In this document: piece after piece, positions 7,097 to 13,874 of the stretch
How the letters are laid out: every line of letters starts with the position of its first letter
How positions within the stretch are numbered: position 1 is the first letter of the stretch
From: Promethearchaeota archaeon
GTDB lineage: Archaea > Asgardarchaeota > Lokiarchaeia > Sigyniarchaeales > SOKP01
Direction of reading: 5' to 3'
Length of the DNA: 13,874 nucleotides
Assembly: GCA_048938005.1 (NCBI GenBank)
Contig: JBHLMQ010000069.1
Coordinates: forward strand, 1 to 13,874
Translations under genes and position numbers: made by a program
The notes under the pieces: generated by a model
Databases searched by the model: none
Told to the model about the DNA's origin: nothing
The model's input: only the letters and a program-made list of their open reading frames with translations

Positions 7097-8287
7097 TTAA
7101 TAATCTTGAGGCAAAATCCTTTTTATTTTAGTAATTTCATTTATCAAATATACCTGAGTTTTAGGTGTGATATTGTTTAGTAAAAATTCTATCTTATCTA
7201 TGCGAATTAGAAGCCACTGCTTAAATTTATTCCATTCTTTACTTGGAAAAGGCACTATCTCAAATGATTTCTTTATTGTTGAAGTTTCTATTCTAGGTAT
7301 TGGTTTAGATATTAATGAAAGGGATAAATCTTGATATATATTCATTTTTTCAAATATTCCTTCAAAATCTATAATATCTTCATCTGTTAAGTGATAATTA
7401 GAGATTTTCATTTGAGTCCATTCAACTATGAAATCTTGAGGAATTTTCTCTTTCCAATGATGATTTCGTAAATAATTATATAATTTTTGAGGATTGTATA
7501 ACTCATCTAATTCTAAATGAGAAGGATTTACTCTCTTACTTCTGTATTCATGAAGTAATTGAATAAACTCTTTCCCAATATGTCTATTAGTAGATACAAG
7601 AATCTCATACTCACTTGAATAATCTTTTATTGTTATTTGAGGCTTAAATTTTATACATTTAATATCAGGAATATTAATGTCATAATAACGACCTGTAAAT
7701 TGTAATATGAAAGTCCAATATTTCCTTTTATAATCTGCTAAAATTTGAGGGATGTTTTCTAAATTACCTTGCTGATTTAATTCTTTAAAAATTCTTATTG
7801 CTGCAATTTTGATTTTTTGTATTTTTTCTTGAAGAATTTCTTCATTTTCCGAATTTGAGATTAAATCTTTCTCAAATTCTAAATCATAATCCATTAAATC
7901 GTAATTAAGAAATTGATTATTCTTCTTATTGAAAAATATAAATGAGCTACCATTTGCTAAAGTGGAGATATTTTCATTTGAGTTTATTATACATCGAATT
8001 CCATCTAAATTCATTAATTCTTTAACTTTTTCTCGATCAACATTGTAAATAAAATAGAGTGTAGGATTTTGAGAATAGGAATTAGTGACCTCAAATTCCA
8101 GAATCTCTTTTAAGTTATGTAGGGCAGTGGTTTCAAGGTCAACTACGTTATATCCTACAGTAAATATTTCTAAGGCGTGAAGGTGTCTCAAATCAACATA
8201 GGGAAATACTACTAAATTTTTTTGTTGAAAAAATAAAATATTGAGAAATTCTGGTCGAATAAAATCTGCTGCTGTATCCACTTTCAC
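7097..8287 (-). CDS. Hypothetical protein (396 aa), possibly with a degenerate AAA+/RFC-like N-terminal domain
   Basis: Long ORF with GTG start 17 bp after the GTPase stop. The N-terminal alpha/beta pattern is discussed in findings; function is not established. Confidence 0.7.
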   Translation of the reverse strand: MKVDTAADFIRPEFLNILFFQQKNLVVFPYVDLRHLHALEIFTVGYNVVDLETTALHNLKEILEFEVTNSYSQNPTLYFIYNVDREKVKELMNLDGIRCIINSNENISTLANGSSFIFFNKKNNQFLNYDLMDYDLEFEKDLISNSENEEILQEKIQKIKIAAIRIFKELNQQGNLENIPQILADYKRKYWTFILQFTGRYYDINIPDIKCIKFKPQITIKDYSSEYEILVSTNRHIGKEFIQLLHEYRSKRVNPSHLELDELYNPQKLYNYLRNHHWKEKIPQDFIVEWTQMKISNYHLTDEDIIDFEGIFEKMNIYQDLSLSLISKPIPRIETSTIKKSFEIVPFPSKEWNKFKQWLLIRIDKIEFLLNNITPKTQVYLINEITKIKRILPQDY

Positions 8288-8304
8288 ACCTTAATTTTAT
8301 CTTA

Positions 8305-8967
8305 TTATTCCTTAAAGTAATTAAATATCACTTGAAGCATTAAATCTTTAAAACATTGAATAACATTCTTTCCTTGAAGTGCCTCTGCGGGATATACTAC
8401 ATAGGTTCCGTCAGGATATTTTTCTTGAAGTGGAAGACCCAAATGAAGCTTAAAATCTTTTATAGGTATGGCATCTTCTAAATCGCGTTTATTTAATTGA
8501 ATCAAATAGGGAATTTTTTTTGGCTTAGCAAAACTCAATAATTCTCGGAAACTTCTTTTATTCTGCTCTATTTTTTCTGGGTTTGAATCTCCTATAAATA
8601 ATATTCCATCAGCACCGTCAAGAACATACTCACGAGTAGATAAAAAACGTTCCTGCCCAGTACAAGTTACAACATGACAAATTATATTAAACTTAATATT
8701 TTGTAAAGTAAATTTGAATAGCAAATATAGTGAATCTTCCCATAGTGTCCTTCCTTCAGTAGTTTCAATAGAATAGCCACGATTCAACTTTAATAAGTCA
8801 AATTTCTCTCGTAATCTAAAGAAATTGGTAGTCTTTCCACTTTCACCTGGACCCCAATATACAATTTTAAACTGAATCATATTTTCTGAATCATTGAAAT
8901 CAAAATCTTCGCTTACTTCTACTTTTACTTTATCTAATTTACCTAAATTCTTCTGCTCTAACTCCAT
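8305..8967 (-). CDS. MglA-like small GTPase
   Basis: G1 KIVYWGPGESGKTTN, switch I TTEGRTLWED (cf. MglA TEDERTLFFD), G3 TCTGQ (cf. TVPGQ), VLDGADG, G4 QLNKRDL and G5 AEALQG. SD AGGTGA upstream. Confidence 0.9.
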   Translation of the reverse strand: MELEQKNLGKLDKVKVEVSEDFDFNDSENMIQFKIVYWGPGESGKTTNFFRLREKFDLLKLNRGYSIETTEGRTLWEDSLYLLFKFTLQNIKFNIICHVVTCTGQERFLSTREYVLDGADGILFIGDSNPEKIEQNKRSFRELLSFAKPKKIPYLIQLNKRDLEDAIPIKDFKLHLGLPLQEKYPDGTYVVYPAEALQGKNVIQCFKDLMLQVIFNYFKE

Positions 8968-8989
8968 ATCATCACCTGAGCCTTTGAAT

Positions 8990-9538
8990 TTAGGAAATGG
9001 TTCCGATTTTATCCGAGAATATTTGTTTCTTTAATTCCTTAATGTGTTCTTTAATATCTTTCTCTGGCATTCTTAGAACGTTTTTCATATGCTCGTTTCT
9101 TTCTATTTCTTCTTTGATTTTCTGGGCGAATTTGCTCATTTGAAGAATCATTACCCCTAAGTTTACTTCATTATCTGTTAGCAAAACAATGAGGATATCT
9201 CGCTTTCCTTTTTTCTGGAGTTCAACATCTCCAATTGATTTCACAAACAGTTGCATATCGCTATAAATAATTGTAGCACGCTCTAATGATTCAGTCTCAA
9301 AGAAATCTTGCCCTTGCCTTGCGACTCCGTAAAGTGCCGCACCTATCGAACTTAAGTCCCAATAATTAAGCTTCCTATCGAATCTCGAATCTATTGCAAT
9401 AATTTTTGCGTCTTGGTCAATTGCTATAACACCATAGATATACCCTTTTCGAGTTAATTTACCGTATTGATATCTAATGTCGTCCAGCACTTCAGTTATT
9501 TTATTTTCATACAATACTTTTGGTATATGAGTTATCAT
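8990..9538 (-). CDS. Roadblock/LC7 (MglB-like) domain protein
   Basis: Pattern GVIAIDQDAKIIA...LSSIGAALYGVA...ATIIY...LFVKSIG...LIVL...VNLGVM is typical of MglB/roadblock. It lies 22 bp upstream of the MglA-like gene. GGAG SD. Confidence 0.85.
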   Translation of the reverse strand: MITHIPKVLYENKITEVLDDIRYQYGKLTRKGYIYGVIAIDQDAKIIAIDSRFDRKLNYWDLSSIGAALYGVARQGQDFFETESLERATIIYSDMQLFVKSIGDVELQKKGKRDILIVLLTDNEVNLGVMILQMSKFAQKIKEEIERNEHMKNVLRMPEKDIKEHIKELKKQIFSDKIGTIS

Positions 9539-9683
9539 TTTTTATACTCCAAATAAAGTTGATATTAAATTGAGCTTAATGTTTTTAAAGAAAAAAATAG
9601 GAGCTCAAATTTTTTCCTTTATATTAGATCGCTAGAATCACTTTCAAACACAAATCTAAACATAATTAAAAAGTGATTCTATC

Positions 9684-10811
9684 TTGACAGAAAAAGCTAT
9701 TACAAAACAAATTCCCCAATTTTTAAGTAAAAAAATATGTCAAAAATGTGTAAATGACATGTCTGTACCAGGAATATCATTTAATTCAGAGGGGATATGT
9801 AATTTTTGCGAAGAATACAAAAACATTAAACCGGTAATTTCTGATTACAATTCTCTTAAGAAACTATGGCTTGGAAGAATTGAAAAATATAAGGGTAAAA
9901 GAGAATACGATGCACTTGTTGGACTCTCTGGTGGTAAGGATAGCACTTATGTTTTATATCAACTGAAAAATATTTATAAGTTAAATGTTAAAGCATGGAC
10001 GATAGACCAAGGTTTTCTAACCAAATGGTCAAGAGAGAGAATTGAAAGTATTGTAGCTGAGCTTGGAGTCGATCATGAATACACGGTATTAAAACAAGAA
10101 AATCTGGCTCCCTTATATCAACTTTCAATCATGGCGACCGGTGGTCCCTGTTATACATGTTCTTATGCAATGTATAGCTCATTCATAAAAAAAGCATCAG
10201 ATCAAGGGATACCTATGGCGGTACATGGAAGATCTCGACCTCAAATGTTTAAAACATATTCATCTACGAATGATCTCGATGTATATAAACCTTTTCTTGA
10301 TATGTCATTAAGACCTATAGAAAATGTTGATTTACAGAGAACATATCAAGAAGTTTTGGCTGTATTAAATAGATTAATGCCCCCTGACCAAATACAACAG
10401 TTTAATAGATATTTTCCTAACCATAAGGATGAAGGTGTTGCTGAATTTGTGCCTTATTTCTTATATCATCCTTACAATGAAACTAAATTAGTGGAATTTC
10501 TTGAAGTAAATATGAACTGGAAGCGGCATAAAGATTATGCCATTTTCACACATTTCGATTGTGCTGCTCATGATGCCGCAGGATATCTATATGAAATCGC
10601 TGATGGAAGACCGTTTATTATGCCTGAATTAAGCGTGTCAATAAGAGAGGGTATAATATCTAGAGAAGAAGCAATTAAAAGAATGGCTAAAGAACATTTT
10701 TCTGAAGTTCCTACAGAATCTATGAATATATTATGCAATTATGTAAGAAAAACACAACGATCATTAATCCATAATGCACAAAGAATTGCTCAAAGAAAAG
10801 AATATCTCTGA
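9684..10811 (+). CDS. PP-loop ATP pyrophosphatase, N-acetyl-sugar amidotransferase (WbpG-like) family
   Basis: N-terminal CQKC...GICNFC, YDALVGLSGGKDS PP-loop, CYTC, HFDC and C-terminal ELS-xx-IREG-x-ISREEA. Confidence 0.85.
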   Translation: MTEKAITKQIPQFLSKKICQKCVNDMSVPGISFNSEGICNFCEEYKNIKPVISDYNSLKKLWLGRIEKYKGKREYDALVGLSGGKDSTYVLYQLKNIYKLNVKAWTIDQGFLTKWSRERIESIVAELGVDHEYTVLKQENLAPLYQLSIMATGGPCYTCSYAMYSSFIKKASDQGIPMAVHGRSRPQMFKTYSSTNDLDVYKPFLDMSLRPIENVDLQRTYQEVLAVLNRLMPPDQIQQFNRYFPNHKDEGVAEFVPYFLYHPYNETKLVEFLEVNMNWKRHKDYAIFTHFDCAAHDAAGYLYEIADGRPFIMPELSVSIREGIISREEAIKRMAKEHFSEVPTESMNILCNYVRKTQRSLIHNAQRIAQRKEYL

Positions 10812-10853
10812 AATCTAAATTATTCTTTTTTTCATTTTGTAGGAATTCCATAA

Positions 10854-11777
10854 TTATATAATTTCAATTCGTGAACTCTTTGTAAAACTAAGTTCTTTCT
10901 CATTTGAATATGAATTTTCCTTTATTATCAAGTTGGATATTTTGATATAATCTCCATCGCTGATTGTTTTTACGCAATCTATAGCGCTCATACCCCAAAT
11001 ATTTACCTTAATTGAACCACTCTCATCACTTAGAATTAATTTGAGTAAAAAAGATTTTTCACCACTTTTCAAGTTTAATTCCTTAAATTCATCAACCTTT
11101 ACTATACCCTTAACAAATTTTATAAATCCCATCTTTTTATGAAGTTCTTCGATGGTTAATTTAGAGGAGCTCTTGACATCCTTTTCATTTGATAAATTTT
11201 GATGTTCATGTATATTTGATTCAGGTAAAATAATTCCTTCTGGAGCTAATATTAATTTTCCTTGTCTGTTTAAATTTACTTCGAGGTTATCATCAATTCC
11301 TCTGTTTGAGTACCCTCCAATAATTTGGATAACCTCTCCATTCTGAAAGAAATCATTTTCCATTATCCTTGTTTGTTCGTTCCATATGACAATTTTAATA
11401 CACTCAGATTTATCGCAAATTTGAAATGAACCAACTTTTCCAGAAGTACCGTCTTTTCTTATGAAACTTTTTATTCCGAAAACCTGAGTAATTCTTCCCA
11501 CTATGACTATATTTTGCATCCCTTCAGAAATACTGGAGATTGGAATAGTATAGTCGTTGTAATCAATTAATTGATCGAGCTCTTTTTGAATTTCATTATT
11601 ATATTTAGAAGAATAGATATTTATTCCGTTCTCTTTCGCAATCAAAAAAAGTACTGCTTGTTTGGTCATAAATCCTTGATACTCAGTAAGTTTTTCAGTG
11701 ATTTGCTTGTTTAACTCTTCTTCGCTAAATCCAGTGTCCAATAATGCCTGATATATCTGATCCGCTCGTTCTGCCAT
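10854..11777 (-). CDS. rpa: Replication protein A / ssDNA-binding protein with N-terminal helical domain and two OB folds
   Basis: OB1: IVGRITQV...F-x-RKDGTSGKV...D-x-S-xx-IKIVIW. OB2: LILSDESGSIKVNIWG...ELS. The N-terminus (GFMTKQAVLFLIAKENGI) is typical of archaeal RPA. Confidence 0.88.
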   Translation of the reverse strand: MAERADQIYQALLDTGFSEEELNKQITEKLTEYQGFMTKQAVLFLIAKENGINIYSSKYNNEIQKELDQLIDYNDYTIPISSISEGMQNIVIVGRITQVFGIKSFIRKDGTSGKVGSFQICDKSECIKIVIWNEQTRIMENDFFQNGEVIQIIGGYSNRGIDDNLEVNLNRQGKLILAPEGIILPESNIHEHQNLSNEKDVKSSSKLTIEELHKKMGFIKFVKGIVKVDEFKELNLKSGEKSFLLKLILSDESGSIKVNIWGMSAIDCVKTISDGDYIKISNLIIKENSYSNEKELSFTKSSRIEII

Positions 11778-11794
11778 ATTTAGAATCCAATTTG

Positions 11795-12022
11795 TTATTC
11801 ATAAATAAAAGGAGAATGTGTCTGCCTATAATTTATTTTGAATAGAGGTGTACTGATTTGCCTGAAAATATTTGGAGTATCGCTACTATGGTGTGATGAA
11901 CAATTCCAATTGTAGCTTGGTCTATTATTATCAAAAATGACACCAAATTCAATAGAATGATGTTTACAGATATCCAATTTTATTCTTCCGTAGGAACTTA
12001 CTTCTTGATATTCACATGAAAT
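11795..12022 (-). CDS. Small Cys/His-rich hypothetical protein (60 aa from TTG 11977, 75 aa from ATT 12022)
   Basis: Frame is open from 12028 to 11795 and ends 17 bp before the RPA start. SD-like GAAGTGA precedes ATT at 12022. Confidence 0.45.
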   Translation of the reverse strand: MSCEYQEVSSYGRIKLDICKHHSIEFGVIFDNNRPSYNWNCSSHHSSDTPNIFRQISTPLFKINYRQTHSPFIYE

Positions 12023-12154
12023 CCGTAATCACTTCTTTTTTTAATAATTAATTTTAGAAATATATTACGCAAAGAATATTTAAAGAAAAAACTAAAGTGA
12101 AATGAAACTACCATAGAAATAACTTACTAACTAGAATGTTCAACTATCGTCTTA

Positions 12155-12793
12155 TTATAAACTCTTGATAAATTTTGTTGTTAACCCGATTTTATTACGA
12201 GTTCTGTGAAAAGCATATGCTGAGCAATTACATAAAGACCTTAAATTAGCTTGTATTATTTTTTGGGGCTGCGATTTATCAAATAAATCAGTAACGAATA
12301 TTATAATTGCAATTTGCGTCATTATCCGTGGCCAAAAAAATAACTGGTTTAGTTTAATTTTTAAGATTTTAGAATTCTCTTCCGCGCGTCTATAATCAAA
12401 TACAGGCGCTAAATGATAAAATTTGTGAAGATAAACATTATTTTCTCTAGCCTGTTCTTTTAATCCAAGAGTAATTGGATGTTTGTTTAAAAATTGTTTG
12501 AAATATATTAAATTAACTAAAAACTTGCTGATATAGTTATGAACAAGAACTTTAGGAATATTTATCGCCTTACTTATCTGTCCATATTCAGAAACAGTTA
12601 TAGCTCTAACATTTTCGTGTTTTGATACAAATGAGATATTCCTAAATAAATAATTTAGGACTGTCTGCTTAATTTTGCCTTTATTTTTATAAAATTTATT
12701 ATAATAGTCTGAAATATCATAAGCTTCAAAGTCTTCTTTTTTTACAGTCTGAGTCATGAGATTCTCAGTTTTAATAGTCTTCTTTGAATTCAA
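12155..12793 (-). CDS. Hypothetical protein with C-terminal TFB/cyclin-like repeat and HTH
   Basis: PRIMTQIAIIIFV...KIIQANLRSLCNCSAYAFHRTRNKI resembles the TFIIB repeat end (P...AAA.IY...TQ.E.A.....S..T.R). No N-terminal Zn ribbon. Confidence 0.6.
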   Translation of the reverse strand: MNSKKTIKTENLMTQTVKKEDFEAYDISDYYNKFYKNKGKIKQTVLNYLFRNISFVSKHENVRAITVSEYGQISKAINIPKVLVHNYISKFLVNLIYFKQFLNKHPITLGLKEQARENNVYLHKFYHLAPVFDYRRAEENSKILKIKLNQLFFWPRIMTQIAIIIFVTDLFDKSQPQKIIQANLRSLCNCSAYAFHRTRNKIGLTTKFIKSL

Positions 12794-12853
12794 CTACTAA
12801 TGAGAATATTTAAACAAAAAAGAATGAAGTAATCTCTTTGATAAGTTTTATAA

Positions 12854-13873
12854 TTAGCATAATTTTAATTGGACCATCTTTGGAGATTTTTTTTGATGTA
12901 TAAAATATTCCCTGCATTTCTCATAATTTATAACAAATTTACCCAGATTTTTAATTACACGCTCTTTATTCAAATGATGGTCTTTACATAGCAGTTCAAT
13001 AACTTGAGATTTATTTGGGGGGTTCCAATGAACTTCTTCAACAGAATGATTAACATCAGGAAATAAAAATATTCTTCTTATTTTTTTAATAATTGTAGGA
13101 TTGAGATTATTCAACTCATAGTTATAATACTCCTTTAAAATGATATTTTCAAGGCTCGCATATTTTCTAATAAGTTGTAAAGCTTTTTTTGGACCAATAC
13201 CTTTTACACCTGGAAAATAATCTGTACCAATTAAAATACCAATATCAACTAATTGAAAAATTGTTAAACCTAAATTTTTTAAATTTTTTTGTAGATTAAT
13301 TGATACGGGTTGTATCTTTTGATATTGCCATTTTCCTTGAACTTTCTTTCTTAATGATTTAGAAAGATTCTGTATGATTTGTGGGCACCCAAATAATAAT
13401 GAATCGAAATCTTGAGAATTAGAATAATCAGCAACTCCTTTTTTAACTAAATACGCACATTGAGATTCTGCAGATGCGGGAGATTCAATATATGGGACAC
13501 CTAAGGTCCCAAGAAGTTGTTTTGATTCCTCAATAATATTTTGCCACATGTATTCTTTACTTAATGCAATTTGCCTTGCTAAAGTTTTGTCATTATTTCT
13601 CATTGCTCCTTCATACCATTTCTGTGTAAATAGGAAATCTTTTAATTGGTTTTTGGTAATCGTTTTTTTCAAATCAGAAACCTTACCATCGAAGCAAAAG
13701 ATAGGAAAAAATCTCTTACTATAATAAAAATTAATCCTATAGAGAAGACCATATAAATGAGAAATTGGTCTTTGAGTTCTGTCTAAAATTATATCGCCAT
13801 AACTACCATCTGGATTCTTTCGAGTAAAATTAAATAATCCCATTATAATATTTGGCGCATCAATAGCAATTAT
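12854..13873 (-). CDS. fen: Flap endonuclease 1 (FEN1/XPG family) divergent homologue, 5'-truncated by window edge
   Basis: Frame continues past the listed ATG to the edge (IIAIDAPNIIMG). Motifs SHL-x-G, FDGK, AESQCAYL, SQDFDSLLFG, GTDY-x-PGVKGIGPKKA (H3TH) and a C-terminal PIP-like QLKL. Confidence 0.92.
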   Translation of the reverse strand: MIAIDAPNIIMGLFNFTRKNPDGSYGDIILDRTQRPISHLYGLLYRINFYYSKRFFPIFCFDGKVSDLKKTITKNQLKDFLFTQKWYEGAMRNNDKTLARQIALSKEYMWQNIIEESKQLLGTLGVPYIESPASAESQCAYLVKKGVADYSNSQDFDSLLFGCPQIIQNLSKSLRKKVQGKWQYQKIQPVSINLQKNLKNLGLTIFQLVDIGILIGTDYFPGVKGIGPKKALQLIRKYASLENIILKEYYNYELNNLNPTIIKKIRRIFLFPDVNHSVEEVHWNPPNKSQVIELLCKDHHLNKERVIKNLGKFVINYEKCREYFIHQKKSPKMVQLKLC

Positions 13874-13874
13874 C

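Noticed and set aside
10809-10818. Selenocysteine readthrough of TGA stops (10809 and others)
   Set aside because: The TGA codons lie at natural protein ends rather than at Cys-aligned positions, and I saw no SECIS.
1-13874. Mobile element, provirus or CRISPR array
   Set aside because: No transposase, integrase, capsid or cas genes and no repeat-spacer array were seen.

Overview
AT-rich archaeal window, most likely Asgard (Lokiarchaeia-like). This is inferred from a roadblock/MglA-like GTPase/longin cluster, archaeal RPA and FEN1 homologues, and GGTGA ribosome-binding sites. From left to right it holds: a 5'-truncated 3-methyladenine DNA glycosylase; two ~75% identical Cys-rich V4R/MetOD1-like genes plus an unlisted, frameshifted third copy; an unlisted SRP (7S) RNA with an unusual helix-8 loop; a 54-aa ORF; a Zn-ribbon/HEPN-like protein; an Ldh_2 dehydrogenase; a multi-TM protein; an orphan structured ~120-200 nt intergenic element; a roadblock - MglA-like GTPase - degenerate AAA+-like - longin cluster; a PP-loop amidotransferase-like gene; and a minus-strand run of divergent FEN1, TFB-like protein, small Cys/His ORF and RPA. 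The best candidates for new biology are the GTPase module, the altered-active-site FEN1 module and the orphan RNA-like element. All family assignments come from motif recognition by eye; no searches were run.
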